NCBI GenBank assembly: GCA_965221775.1 | Contig: CBDCSU010000006.1 | Location: forward strand, 1,216,001 to 1,280,000 | DNA length: 64,000 nucleotides | DNA from: Candidatus Latescibacterota bacterium | GTDB lineage: Bacteria > Latescibacterota > UBA2968 > UBA8231 | Direction: 5' to 3' | Shown: positions 17,811 through 27,922 of the stretch, one piece after another | Numbering within the stretch: the first letter of the stretch is position 1 | Layout of the letters: the number at the start of each line of letters is the position of its first letter | Program-made: the position numbers and the translations under genes | The notes under the pieces: model-generated | What the model saw: only the letters and a program-made list of their open reading frames with translations | What the model was told of the DNA's origin: nothing | Databases searched by the model: none

Positions 17811-18947
17811 ATGAGACCATTCGCCTTTGTCGTGGCCATTGTCACCTTGCTCACAAGCTTCTCCGCCTGTGAGCGAGCGTCGCCAATGGCCGAGCCGGTC
17901 ACAGACGAGAGCGGCGAGACTTCCATCGGCGTCGTTCTACCTCTGACTGGACGCCTGGCTGCCACGGGTCAACTCATGAAACAAGGCTTCGACCTCGCCC
18001 TCGATGAAGTCAACAGCGCACAGCTCAGTCGGAAAAAACTCAAGTTCATCATTGAAGATGATTCCAGCACCGCGGCGGGTGCGGTTGGTGCTTTCCATCA
18101 ACTGATTCGCCAAGAGGGCGTCTCTGTCATTCTCGGGCCCGCGACCTCGAGCGCGACGCAGGCAGCGTTTCCGATTGCCCAGGACAATCAGGTCGTGGCC
18201 ATCAGTCCCACATCGGGGGCCCGCGGTCTGAGTGCGATCGGCGATTTCGTCTTTCGCATCCCTCTCACCACAGGTGTGGTGATTCCCAAGGGCATCAAGG
18301 CGACGCAGGCGGTACTCGGCTATCAGCGGGTGGCGACGATGTATGACGAAACCGATCTGTTCTCCACGGATCGAGACGAGACCCTGCGGGAGACATTCGC
18401 TGCCAACGACATCGAGGTGCTGACGACGGAATCCTTCGAGAGCGGCGACACCGACTACTCTGCACAACTGACCCGGATCAAGGAGTTGGATCCCGATGCG
18501 ATCTTCGTCTCGGCGTTGCCCCCCGAAAAGCCGGGAATCCTGATTCAAGGCCACCAACTTGGCATCACTGTTCCTTTCCTTGTCAGTTCATTGACCGACC
18601 TCGAGGTGCAAGCTGCGGGTGCCGCCGCCGAAGGCGCCATCACTTTCATAGGGTGGCTCCCGACAGATGACGCCCCCGGAAACCAGGCCTTCGTCGAGAG
18701 TCACAGTGAGACTTTCGGCATGGAGCCGAACGCCTTCGCGGCCCTGTCGTACGCCTCTGTCCATATTCTGGCCGCGGCCATCGAGAAGGCCCCGGCAACC
18801 GATGCAATCTCCATTCGAGACGCACTCGCGGCTCTCAGAGATCTCGACACCGTTCTGGGCAAGTTCTCCTTTGACCCCAACGGGGACGCGATCTATGAGC
18901 CGAAGGTGCTGATCGTGAAGGATGGCACACTGCAACCCTTCGAGTAG
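17811..18947 (+). CDS. ABC transporter substrate-binding lipoprotein, branched-chain amino acid (LivJ/PBP1) family; orphan
   Basis: Lipobox FSAC, 'IGVVLPLTG', 'ILGPATSS', 'TDYSAQLTRIK', 'LGKFSFDPNGD'. Codon usage is less GC3-biased than neighbouring genes. Confidence 0.9.
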   Translation: MRPFAFVVAIVTLLTSFSACERASPMAEPVTDESGETSIGVVLPLTGRLAATGQLMKQGFDLALDEVNSAQLSRKKLKFIIEDDSSTAAGAVGAFHQLIRQEGVSVILGPATSSATQAAFPIAQDNQVVAISPTSGARGLSAIGDFVFRIPLTTGVVIPKGIKATQAVLGYQRVATMYDETDLFSTDRDETLRETFAANDIEVLTTESFESGDTDYSAQLTRIKELDPDAIFVSALPPEKPGILIQGHQLGITVPFLVSSLTDLEVQAAGAAAEGAITFIGWLPTDDAPGNQAFVESHSETFGMEPNAFAALSYASVHILAAAIEKAPATDAISIRDALAALRDLDTVLGKFSFDPNGDAIYEPKVLIVKDGTLQPFE

Positions 18948-18949
18948 CG

Positions 18950-19015
18950 CGCGACCTGGAGCCACTCCGGGGTCAGAGTCTGCAGCTGGCCCTTTCGCCG
19001 CACGCCCTGGCGGCG
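18950..19015 (+). repeat. degenerate direct repeat, copy 2 (intergenic, with indels)
   Basis: cgcgacctggagccactccggggtcagagtctgcagctggccctttcgccgcacgccctggcggcg, aligns to 17262-17328. Confidence 0.8.
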
Positions 19016-19032
19016 TATCTCCGTGAGGCGCC

Positions 19033-19995
19033 CTACTCCCGGCCTGGCACAAAGCGCTCCACGGCGCGCATCAGCTCCCGGCTGATCCCGTCGCCGGCGT
19101 GTCCCGCGTCGTCCACGATCACCACCTCGGCGCGGGGCCAGACCTTGCTCAGCTCCCAGGCGTTGGCGATCGGCGCCTGGAAGTCGTAGCGGCCGTTGAC
19201 CAGGACTCCGGGGATGCCGGCCAGGGCTCCCGCGCCCGCCAGCAGGCAGCCGTCGTCCAGCCAGGCGTCGTGACGGACGTAGTGGGTCACCAGCCGCGCG
19301 AAGGCCAGCGCGTACGCGGGATCCTCGAACCGGGCCGCCAGCCCGGCCTTCGGCGGCCACTCGGGTGTGGCCGACTCCCACAGGCACCACTCGAAGGCGG
19401 CCCTCCGCCGCACCGCGGGATCGGGATCGAAGAGGAGCCGGTGGCAGGCGTCGACGACGTCGCGGTCGCCGGCGGCGAGGGGCGCGGCGCGCCGCAGCCG
19501 CTCCCACTGCTCTGGGAAGAAGGCGGCCACGCCGCCGCGGAAGAGCCAGTCGAACTCGGCGCGCCGGCCCGTGGTGACGCCGAAAAGGACCATCTCCGTG
19601 ACCCGCTCCGGGAAGCGCTCGGCGTAGGTCAGGGCCAGGGTGCTGCCCCACGAGCCGCCGAGCACCATCCAGCGGTCGATGGTCAGGTGGCGGCGCAGGG
19701 CCTCCATGTCGTCAACGAGGTTCCAGGTGGTATTGCACGCCAGGTCGGCGCCGGGAGCGCTGGCGTGGGGCGCGCTGCGGCCGCAGCCCCTCTGGTCGAA
19801 GAGCACCACGCGCCAGGCGGCCGGGTCGAAGAGCCCCCGTTGCCAAGGCGTGCAGCCGGAGCCGGGCCCGCCGTGGACGACGACGGCCGGCTTGCCTTGC
19901 GGATGGCCGCAGCTCTCCCAGTAGACCTGGTGACCGTCACCGACGGCCAGCATCCCGTGCTCGTACGGTTCCACCACCGGCTTGCGGACCGTCAC
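19033..19995 (-). CDS. pip: prolyl aminopeptidase (proline iminopeptidase, S33)
   Basis: HGGPGSG, FDQRGCGRS, GGSWGSTL nucleophile elbow, 'NGRYD', 'DAGH'. Confidence 0.92.
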   Translation of the reverse strand: MTVRKPVVEPYEHGMLAVGDGHQVYWESCGHPQGKPAVVVHGGPGSGCTPWQRGLFDPAAWRVVLFDQRGCGRSAPHASAPGADLACNTTWNLVDDMEALRRHLTIDRWMVLGGSWGSTLALTYAERFPERVTEMVLFGVTTGRRAEFDWLFRGGVAAFFPEQWERLRRAAPLAAGDRDVVDACHRLLFDPDPAVRRRAAFEWCLWESATPEWPPKAGLAARFEDPAYALAFARLVTHYVRHDAWLDDGCLLAGAGALAGIPGVLVNGRYDFQAPIANAWELSKVWPRAEVVIVDDAGHAGDGISRELMRAVERFVPGRE

Positions 19996-20399
19996 TTCTC
20001 CATGCGCAGGACGCCGACCCGGAACCCGTAGGCCCGGTAGAAGGCGAGGGCCTCCTCGTTGTGGGCGAGCACGTCGAGGCGGACCCGCTTGTCGGTCCAG
20101 ATGCGGGCGTACATCCAGTCCATCATTGCCCTGGCGATGCCGCGCCGGCGATGGGTGCGCGCCACGAAGAGCTGGCGCAGGTAGTAGTGCTCGCCGTCGT
20201 CGCGGTAGAGGCAGTAGCCGACCGTCGTCCCCGCCTCCCGCGCGAGATAGCAGCTGTACCCCTCGCGCAGCCAGCCAGCCATGCGCTCGGCGAGCTGGGC
20301 GAGGTTCATGGGGTTGGGATGGCGCTCGTCCTCAATGAGCTGCCGGTTGAGCTCGGCCAGCTCTTCCACGTCGGCGGCGGTGGCCTTCTCGAAGGTCAT
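19992..20399 (-). CDS. GNAT family N-acetyltransferase
   Basis: 'LFVARTHRRRGIA' acetyl-CoA motif and 'NEEALAFYRAYGF'. Confidence 0.88.
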   Translation of the reverse strand: MTFEKATAADVEELAELNRQLIEDERHPNPMNLAQLAERMAGWLREGYSCYLAREAGTTVGYCLYRDDGEHYYLRQLFVARTHRRRGIARAMMDWMYARIWTDKRVRLDVLAHNEEALAFYRAYGFRVGVLRMEK

Positions 20400-20443
20400 G
20401 GCCCCAATATAGGTGCCTGCGCGAACCTTCTTACATTACTGTC

Positions 20444-21484
20444 ATGTCTTCGTATGGCGATCATGGGCTGCCGCCGTTCCCGGAGGGGTGGTATCTCCTC
20501 ACGACCCGCGAGTCCCTTCTCCGGAAGGGACTGATCGAGAAGACCTTCCTCGGCCGGCAAGTCGTCGCCTGGTGCGACGACGAAGGCCGCGTCTGCGTGG
20601 CCGACTCCGTGTGTCCCCACCTTGGCTCGAGCCTCGGTCCGGACGTGGGCGGCCAGGTGTGCAACGGCCGACTCGTCTGTCCCTTCCACGGCTTCCAGTT
20701 CGATGCCACCGGCCAATGCGTCGCCACCCCCAACGCCCCGGCCCCCAAGGCCGCCAGACTGAGCGTCTACCCCACCCGGGAGATCCTCGGCCTCGTCTTC
20801 GCCTGGTTCGGCAGCGGCGGCCGGCCTCCGCCCTGGGACCTTCCCGCGGCCCCTCCCACCACCCCGGAGTGGAGCAAGCCGGGATTCCGGCACCTCCGCT
20901 TCCGGGGCCATCCCCAGGAGACGGGGGAGAACTCCGTGGATCTTGGACACCTCCGCTACGTGCACGGCTACGACAATGTGCATCCCGTCGGTTCGGTCAC
21001 GGTGGACGGCCCCTACCTCAAGAGTTGCTTCGACTTCAAGAGGGTCCGCAGGATCCTCGGGGTAAAGGACCTCGTGTACGAGGTCTCGGCCGTCACCCAC
21101 ATCCATGGACTCGGCTACTCCCTGGTAGAGATCCACGAGAAGACGATCGACATGCATGCGAGATTGTGGGTGCTCCCCACACCGGTGGATGGCACGCTCC
21201 TCGACCTCGTGCTCGTCAGCCAACTGCGCGAGATCCGCAAGCCCCGGCGGTTCATCACCGGCCTGGGTTTCCTGCCCGGCAAGCTGCGCCAGAAGTCGAT
21301 GAACCAGATCCTCCTCTCCCAGCAGAAGCGGGACGTCATCCAGGATGTGGTGATCTGGGAAGGAAAGCGGTTTCGGACGCCGCCGCGGCTGTGCCGGGCC
21401 GACGGCCCCATCGGGACGTACCGCCGCTACTGCCGGCAGTTCTATCCGGAAGACCCGCCGTCGGTGGAAGACGCCGCCGAATAA
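20444..21484 (+). CDS. Rieske [2Fe-2S] oxygenase, Neverland/DAF-36 cholesterol 7-desaturase / KshA-like
   Basis: 'FPEGWY', CPH...CPFHG Rieske ligands, mononuclear Fe 'ENSVDLGHLRYVHG', C-terminal 'QDVVIWEGK...LCRADGPIGTYRRYCRQFY'. Confidence 0.85.
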   Translation: MSSYGDHGLPPFPEGWYLLTTRESLLRKGLIEKTFLGRQVVAWCDDEGRVCVADSVCPHLGSSLGPDVGGQVCNGRLVCPFHGFQFDATGQCVATPNAPAPKAARLSVYPTREILGLVFAWFGSGGRPPPWDLPAAPPTTPEWSKPGFRHLRFRGHPQETGENSVDLGHLRYVHGYDNVHPVGSVTVDGPYLKSCFDFKRVRRILGVKDLVYEVSAVTHIHGLGYSLVEIHEKTIDMHARLWVLPTPVDGTLLDLVLVSQLREIRKPRRFITGLGFLPGKLRQKSMNQILLSQQKRDVIQDVVIWEGKRFRTPPRLCRADGPIGTYRRYCRQFYPEDPPSVEDAAE

Positions 21485-21596
21485 CCGGCCACACAGGTTC
21501 GCCTCCGGACCAGAGCGCGGGAAGCCACCGAGGGTACCATGCGGCGCATCGCCATGATGTACGGGTGGCGCTTCAGGAAGGCGGCGGACTGAACGG

Positions 21597-22670
21597 TTAC
21601 GGCTTACGAGCCAGGAAACAGTACAGGGGCGTGAAGATACCCGCCTTGCCGCCCGAGACATAAGCCTCCGCGGTGCGGTCCAGGAGTCGGACCACTTCCG
21701 CGGAGCCCTTCGGAAAGCGCCGCAGTACTTCAGCCAGCTTCGATCCTGCGATGACCGCTTTGCGGCCCCACGGAAGCCTGCGCAAGGCCTTCCCCAACGT
21801 CCCGTGGCGGCTCTCCATGGGCTGATACCAGGGTATGGAGGGGCCTTCCTGGACGTCCAGGTCCATCCCTTCCATGACCTGGAATCCCGCGGCTTCGAGG
21901 GCGTGATTCACTTCCCCGAAGGTGGCTATGTGCTTCAGCGCAATGCCGCGCATGAGATCCCGCTTGATGGCCCGGTGCCGGTCGTCCTTCGGATTGAACT
22001 GGTCTGTCAGACACATCTCCTGACCCCAGAACAGGGCCCCGGGTTTCAGCACGCGGAATACCTCCTCGAAGGCACGTTGCTTGTCCGGCGCGTGGCACGT
22101 CGACTCGATGGCATAACCCCGATCGAAGGTGCCGTCCTCAATGGCCCTCATGTCCATGAAGCTGCACGTCTCGAAATCGACCATGTGATCGAGCCCCGCC
22201 TCGGCGATCGACCCTCTCGCCTTTTCCAACTGCACCTCGCTGATGTTGATCCCCACGACCCTGACACCAGCCTCCCGGACGACGCGGAGCATGGGGGCGC
22301 CGACTCCACAACCAACGTCGACCACCGTCATACCCTTTTGCAGCTCCAACTTGGAGATCATCATCCGCTGATGCCGGACCTTGGATTCCTCCAGACTCTC
22401 ATCAGGTGTGAGGGGCGCGAAGTGCAGGGATTCGCCCCAGCCCCATACCATGAACCCGCTGCAAAGGTCGTAATAGTCCTTCACTGTTTCAGTGTGTTCG
22501 TAGCCGCCTGCGCCACCGGGCTGCGGCGCCGCCCGGTCGAGCCAGCCGTCGAAGTGCTGCACTCGACGCGCGACGCCCGATCCCCGGTACGCATCTCTCA
22601 GATCTCTCGACAGCTTGCCCAGCCGCACCCGGTCTTTCTCCCTGGCTCCAGGAACGAGCCATGTCGTCAA
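21597..22670 (-). CDS. sterol 24-C-methyltransferase (SMT/ERG6-like)
   Basis: SMT region I 'YYDLCSGFMVWGWGESLHFAP', SAM motif 'VDVGCGVGAP', 'YAIESTCHAP', 'RVLKPGA', 'PWYQP', C-terminal 'GGKAGIFTPLYCFLARKP'. Confidence 0.88.
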   Translation of the reverse strand: MTTWLVPGAREKDRVRLGKLSRDLRDAYRGSGVARRVQHFDGWLDRAAPQPGGAGGYEHTETVKDYYDLCSGFMVWGWGESLHFAPLTPDESLEESKVRHQRMMISKLELQKGMTVVDVGCGVGAPMLRVVREAGVRVVGINISEVQLEKARGSIAEAGLDHMVDFETCSFMDMRAIEDGTFDRGYAIESTCHAPDKQRAFEEVFRVLKPGALFWGQEMCLTDQFNPKDDRHRAIKRDLMRGIALKHIATFGEVNHALEAAGFQVMEGMDLDVQEGPSIPWYQPMESRHGTLGKALRRLPWGRKAVIAGSKLAEVLRRFPKGSAEVVRLLDRTAEAYVSGGKAGIFTPLYCFLARKP

Positions 22671-22673
22671 TCG

Positions 22674-24701
22674 TCAGGCGGACAGCTCCCGTCTCTGCTC
22701 GGCGATGCGGAACTTCAGCTTCTTGCTCGGTTTGAGCGACGGAAAGGGACTGAAACGGAGCTTGTACTTCGCTGGCGACACCTCGATCGTGAAGTAGTGC
22801 GCCAGCATCAGCAAGTTGGCCGCCAGGTGCAGCTCCATCCACCGGGTGCCCAGACACTTGTGCGTACCCAGCCCGTACGGGGCGTACCCGGGGCTGCGAT
22901 GCTCATGGCGCGGGGCCAGGTAGCGGTCGATGTCGAACTTCCAGGGATCCGGAAAGACCTCGCTCATGTAATGCGTGGCGGTCATGGCGATGTGGACCCG
23001 TTCGCCCACGCGCAGCTCGTAGTCCTCGACCACGCACGCATTCATCACGTTCCGCATGGACATGGAGACGATGGGGTACATGCGCAGGCACTCCATGAGG
23101 AAGCGGTGCGTCACGTCGATCCTGTCGGGGGTGAAGTCCTCTCTCTCGGGGTCGCCCTTGGCGAACAGGGCATCCGCTTCGGTCTGGATTCTGGCGTAGA
23201 GGTCGGGCTGGGACGCCATGGCGTAGACTACGAGGCTGAACGTATCGCCGAGGTAAACGCTGGCAATCAAGGCCGCGGAAAAGGCGAAGAGCAGGTTGGA
23301 CTCCGGGAGAAACTGCGGGTCGCTGGCGTGCAGGCTGAGGTAATCGTCCACGAGGTCCCGCGGGAGGTCCGCCCGTTGGGCGGGGGTATGGATGCCCTGG
23401 ATCCGCTGCATCAGGGTGTCCAGGGCTTTCGCCCGGCGTCTCATGCCCGGGGTGTTCAGCATGAATCGGGGCAGGAGCTTGGCGATGTGCACGCTGAGGG
23501 CCCGTTCCTTGTAGGCCATCAGGTCGTCCATGAGGTCCTGGGTGTCGACGCTGAGGAACAGGGGCGAGAGCTGGGCGTTCACCATCCCCCGGCACATGGA
23601 CGTGGCGCGGTAGGAGTCCCCAACCGTCAAGCTCGCCATGTACTTGCGCCCCTGATTGTAGAGCTGGTCCAGCTGCTCTCCCAGCCTCGCGCCGGAAAAG
23701 GCCGGGGACAAGGACTTGCGAAGCCGGAAGTGATCGGCGCCGTCCAGGGCGGGCAGGACGCCGGCCGCGCCGTAGACCTTCTCGAAGTCGCTGAAGTAGT
23801 CCCTGCATCTCAGGTACATGCGCCCGCGCTTGTGCACCCAGCGGTTTGTCTCGAGTCCGGCCAGGAAGATCATGGGCTCCGAGAAGGGAGGGCGGATCTG
23901 GAACACCGGACCGTACTCCTCCGCAAGGCTCCCGAAGAGCGCGTTCAGGTTGCCGTCTCGAACATGCGGGTTCATCATCAGCTTGGGCAGCGAAACCGCC
24001 GGGATCTTCCTGGTAAGGGGGGGACGTTGAAGGGCCGGGCCGGTGAGGTTCTGAGAGACCGCAGCGGCCAGGGAGCGGCCGATCAGGTCCATCTTGCAGA
24101 TGAACTCGATGCGCTCTTCCGCCTCGTCGTCAAGTTCGAATATGAAGCGAAAGACGTCGCACGTATTGATGAGGCAGATAATGATGACATCTCTCGGATC
24201 GGGAATCTTGTCGGTGAAGATGACCCTGCTGATACGCGTCTTTATGAACTGGCCCGCAGTGCCCTCCTCCGACCTGCCGTACAGTTTCCCATGCCAAACA
24301 GTAGGAGCCAGCGTCCAGAAATCGCCGTCGTGGTATTCCAGGATCTTCAGGTCAACCAGGCGATCCAGAACCGAATCGATGATCGACTCCGCACGGGGAG
24401 CGAGCCGTTCAATCCAGTACTGGGCGTTCCGTTGAACAGATTCGGCTGCAATTTCTTTCAGAATGGGGTCCAGGGCAGGGTTGCCTGTTTCCGACGCGTC
24501 CACGAGGAACAGGGATTCCATGTCCGTGTCGATGCGAGATCTGAGTGAAAGCTCCGCGAGCACGGCACCGACCAGGGCACAGTTCAGATGCCAGCCGGGT
24601 ACCTGATGAAAGTAGCCGGTCTCCTCGTTGAGGAGCATCAGGATGAGCTCTTGAGTCAGAGTCAGCGGTTGGGGCGTCAAACCCTCCGTAGTGTCAGTCA
24701 T
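22674..24701 (-). CDS. GPP34(GOLPH3/Vps74)-domain / cytochrome P450 fusion protein
   Basis: N-terminal 'LTLTQELILMLLNEETG...LVGAVLAELSLRSRI' GPP34-like. P450 ExxR 'ECLRMYP', 'FPDPWKFDIDRY', heme motif 'PYGLGTHKCLG'. Confidence 0.85.
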   Translation of the reverse strand: MTDTTEGLTPQPLTLTQELILMLLNEETGYFHQVPGWHLNCALVGAVLAELSLRSRIDTDMESLFLVDASETGNPALDPILKEIAAESVQRNAQYWIERLAPRAESIIDSVLDRLVDLKILEYHDGDFWTLAPTVWHGKLYGRSEEGTAGQFIKTRISRVIFTDKIPDPRDVIIICLINTCDVFRFIFELDDEAEERIEFICKMDLIGRSLAAAVSQNLTGPALQRPPLTRKIPAVSLPKLMMNPHVRDGNLNALFGSLAEEYGPVFQIRPPFSEPMIFLAGLETNRWVHKRGRMYLRCRDYFSDFEKVYGAAGVLPALDGADHFRLRKSLSPAFSGARLGEQLDQLYNQGRKYMASLTVGDSYRATSMCRGMVNAQLSPLFLSVDTQDLMDDLMAYKERALSVHIAKLLPRFMLNTPGMRRRAKALDTLMQRIQGIHTPAQRADLPRDLVDDYLSLHASDPQFLPESNLLFAFSAALIASVYLGDTFSLVVYAMASQPDLYARIQTEADALFAKGDPEREDFTPDRIDVTHRFLMECLRMYPIVSMSMRNVMNACVVEDYELRVGERVHIAMTATHYMSEVFPDPWKFDIDRYLAPRHEHRSPGYAPYGLGTHKCLGTRWMELHLAANLLMLAHYFTIEVSPAKYKLRFSPFPSLKPSKKLKFRIAEQRRELSA

Positions 24702-27700
24702 CAGCCTTCACTCCCTGCGTCTGCACCGGGGACGCGCCGGGAGCCGGAAGGGCCGCTCGAGGCCGTCAGACGCGAGTGGATGGTGGAAAGAGCGGGAACG
24801 ACCATCATCAGTACGGCGGTGACAATGAGAATGCCGCAACCGAGGGATGCGGCAAAGGGGATCAGGAACTGGGCCTGAATGGCGCGTTCCAGAATGAGGG
24901 GCGTGAAGCCGAGGAAGGTGGTCACGGAAGTGAGCATGATCGGACGAAAGCGGCCCTTGGCGCCCTCGATGATCGCTGTTCGCGCCGGGGCCCCGTCCCT
25001 GAGTTTCTGATCGATGAAATCGATCATGACCAGGGAATCGTTCACGACAACCCCGCTCAGGCCGAAGATACCCATGAAGGATACCGCGCTCAAGGCCACT
25101 CCCAGGACCCAGTGGCCCAGGATCACCCCGATGAACCCGAAGGGGATGACGGCCATGATGATGAGGGGCTTGGTATAGGAGCGAAGTGGAATGGCGAGGA
25201 GCGCGAAGATCATGATCAGGGCGATGGCGAACCCCCGGTACAGGGCATCCAGGGACTCGAGTTGCTGTTGCTGCTCCCCTCCGAAGCTGTATGTCAGGTC
25301 AGGGTGCACGGCGGTCAGGCCCGGGAGGATCGAATTGGCCAGGATGTCGTTGGCTTCGTCACCGGAAATCACCGAAGCATCGACGTCCGCCGTGACCGTG
25401 ACGACGCGCTGGCCGTCCTTCCGTCGGATGGCCGGCGGCGACACGCCCGGGCTCAGGGAGGCCACACTCATGACCGGGACCTCGGCCCCGCCCGGGGTGC
25501 GGACCAGGTACCCTTCGACATCGGTGATGGAGTCACGCTCATGGGCGGGGAGGCGCACGTAGACCCGGACCTCTTCCCGGCCGCGCTGCACCCGAACCGC
25601 CTCTGCGCCGAAGAACGCGGCGCGCGCCTGCCCGGCCAGCTCCTGGAGCGTGAGACCGAGGGTGCGCGCTTCCGGCCGGAGCTCCAGTTGCACCTCCGGG
25701 ATGCCCGGCGTGTGATCCGAACGTATGTCGTAGACGCCTCCCACACTTCGGAGGCCTTCGACCACCGAGTCCGCGATCTCGGCGAGAAGCTCCGGGTCCG
25801 GATGCGACAGCACGGCCTCCACGGCGTTGCCCAAGGTGAAGACCTCGGCGCTGAAGGTGATGCCGCGCACATGGGGCAGGACTCCCACCTCCTCCCGCCA
25901 CGCCTGCACGACCTCTCCGGTGGAGATCTGTCTCTGCTGCGCGCCCAGGAGCTTGAACTCGATGGTGGCGATATTGGCTTGGGGATTGAGTGTGGGCTCC
26001 GGGTTGAGCCCGCCCTCGAGTCTCGACCCCTGTCCGACGGTCACCGTCACACCGGTCAGCAGCGGTGGCGCGTCCCCGGGCCGGCCGAGGGAGAGTCGTT
26101 CGATGACCCGGTGGCCTGCGGCCTCCAGTTCCCGCGCCACTTCGTACGTCCTCGGAGCGGTCGCCCCATCGGGCATCTCCAGGACGACCGTCGCGATATC
26201 CCCCTCCACCTCAGCGGCCAGCGTGGTAGGAACGATGCCCGCGGGCAACAGGGAGATGCTCAGCACGAGCATTCCCACGGCCCCCGCCATCGTCACCCCG
26301 GGCTGGTCCGTGGCGAACCTCAGGGCCCGGTCCAGAGGCCCTTGCAGGAACCTGTTCAGCAGCGCGTTCACGCGCCCCTGGAGCCGCGCGAAGAACCGGT
26401 CGAAGGCATTGGCCGGCTCCCACTCCGGGCCGTGCAAATGGGACAGGTGGTTGGGCAGCACCAGCAGCGATTCGACCAGGGAAACCAGCAGCATGGCGAT
26501 GATGATGATCGGCAGGGCCCGCCAGACGTCACCGACGCCTCCCGGGATGAACAGCAAGGGGACGAAGGCCACCACCGAAGTGAGGACGGCGAAGGTCAAG
26601 GGCACCTTGATCCGCCGTACGCCTCGGATCGCGGCCGCGACCCCGGGGGTCCCCCGCTTGCGTTCCGATTGAATGTGCTCGGCCACGACGATGGCATCGT
26701 CGACGATGATGCCGATGGCGAGGACGAAGGAGAACAGGCTGATGGTGTTGATCGCCACGTCGAGTGCCATCATGATGGCGAGGGCGCCCATACCAGAAAC
26801 GGCGAGGCCCACGGCGACCCAGAGGGCGAGCCGGATTTCGAGAAACAGGCTGAGTGCGATCAGCACCAGCACCAGCCCCAGGAGCCCGTTCTTGAGGAGG
26901 AGATCGGCGCGTTCCTCGTAGACTTGGGATTCGTCATTCCACATGGTGACGCCCACACCGTCCGGCAGGGCCGGGATCACCTCGTCCGCCAGGTGCTCGC
27001 GGACGGTCCTGGCCACGTCCATCACCTGCTCGCCATCGGCCCGGTAGACCTCGACGAAGACGGCGGGGTGGTTCTGATGCCGCACGATCAGGTCCGCTTC
27101 CTGGAAACCGTCGCGGACCTCGGCGATATCTCCAAGGCGCAGGACCGTGCCGTCACGGCCGCTGAGGAGGACGACCTCCTCGAAGTCCTTCTGGTCGTAG
27201 TTCTGGCCGAGGGTGCGGACCCTCACCTGGGATTCCCGGGTATCGATGCTGCCGGCGGACAGGTCCAGGGAACTCCGGCGAATCGTGTCGGCGATGTCGG
27301 TGAGCGTGAGTCCGAGGGCCCGCAGGCGGTGGAGGGGCACCTCGATGGAGATCTCGTAGCTCCGGACACCGCTGACCTCGACCTGGGAGACGGAGGGGAG
27401 CGTCGTGAGGTCGTCCTCGATCTGGTACGCCAGTTCCTTCAGCGCGCGCTCGGAGACGTCGCCGTGGACGATGAGCCGCATCATGCTCAGGCGGTTGTCC
27501 ATCTCCCGGAACAGGGGACGTTCGGCGCCGGCCGGGAAGGACTGTATTCGATTGACCGCGGACTCGATATCGTCCAAGGCCCGGGCCATGTCCGTATCGA
27601 AAGCCATTTGAACCCGCACCGAGGCCATACCCGGGGCGGCTACGGACTTGACCGCCTTCACGTCATCCAGCCCGCTGACCTGGTCCTCGATCCTGACGAC

Positions 27701-27922
27701 GATCGACTCCTCGATCTCCTCCGGTGTGGCGCCGGGATAGGCCATCGAGACTTCGATATGGTAGAATGGGGTCGTGGGCCAGGCTTCCCGCTCGATACCG
27801 GTCAGCGCCACCACCCCGGCGGCGACGATGGCCCACATCAACAGGTTGGCGGCCACACCGTTGCCGGCCATGTAGGCGATCGGGCCGGGCCGTTCCTCGT
27901 GATTGCCGTTGCCGGGACTCAT
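24701..27922 (-). CDS. RND efflux transporter permease subunit (AcrB/AcrD/AcrF family)
   Basis: 1073 aa; 'YPGATPEEIEESI', 'GIIVDDAIVVAE', 'GVVVNDSLVM', 'RFRPIMLTSVTT'. Confidence 0.95.
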   Translation of the reverse strand: MSPGNGNHEERPGPIAYMAGNGVAANLLMWAIVAAGVVALTGIEREAWPTTPFYHIEVSMAYPGATPEEIEESIVVRIEDQVSGLDDVKAVKSVAAPGMASVRVQMAFDTDMARALDDIESAVNRIQSFPAGAERPLFREMDNRLSMMRLIVHGDVSERALKELAYQIEDDLTTLPSVSQVEVSGVRSYEISIEVPLHRLRALGLTLTDIADTIRRSSLDLSAGSIDTRESQVRVRTLGQNYDQKDFEEVVLLSGRDGTVLRLGDIAEVRDGFQEADLIVRHQNHPAVFVEVYRADGEQVMDVARTVREHLADEVIPALPDGVGVTMWNDESQVYEERADLLLKNGLLGLVLVLIALSLFLEIRLALWVAVGLAVSGMGALAIMMALDVAINTISLFSFVLAIGIIVDDAIVVAEHIQSERKRGTPGVAAAIRGVRRIKVPLTFAVLTSVVAFVPLLFIPGGVGDVWRALPIIIIAMLLVSLVESLLVLPNHLSHLHGPEWEPANAFDRFFARLQGRVNALLNRFLQGPLDRALRFATDQPGVTMAGAVGMLVLSISLLPAGIVPTTLAAEVEGDIATVVLEMPDGATAPRTYEVARELEAAGHRVIERLSLGRPGDAPPLLTGVTVTVGQGSRLEGGLNPEPTLNPQANIATIEFKLLGAQQRQISTGEVVQAWREEVGVLPHVRGITFSAEVFTLGNAVEAVLSHPDPELLAEIADSVVEGLRSVGGVYDIRSDHTPGIPEVQLELRPEARTLGLTLQELAGQARAAFFGAEAVRVQRGREEVRVYVRLPAHERDSITDVEGYLVRTPGGAEVPVMSVASLSPGVSPPAIRRKDGQRVVTVTADVDASVISGDEANDILANSILPGLTAVHPDLTYSFGGEQQQQLESLDALYRGFAIALIMIFALLAIPLRSYTKPLIIMAVIPFGFIGVILGHWVLGVALSAVSFMGIFGLSGVVVNDSLVMIDFIDQKLRDGAPARTAIIEGAKGRFRPIMLTSVTTFLGFTPLILERAIQAQFLIPFAASLGCGILIVTAVLMMVVPALSTIHSRLTASSGPSGSRRVPGADAGSEG

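Noticed and set aside
21485-21591. In-frame continuation after the Rieske stop (…EGTMRRIAMMYGWRFRKAAD*), possible readthrough or gene remnant
   Set aside because: The Rieske protein already ends at the family-typical C-terminus, the stop is TAA, and the segment is too short to assign.
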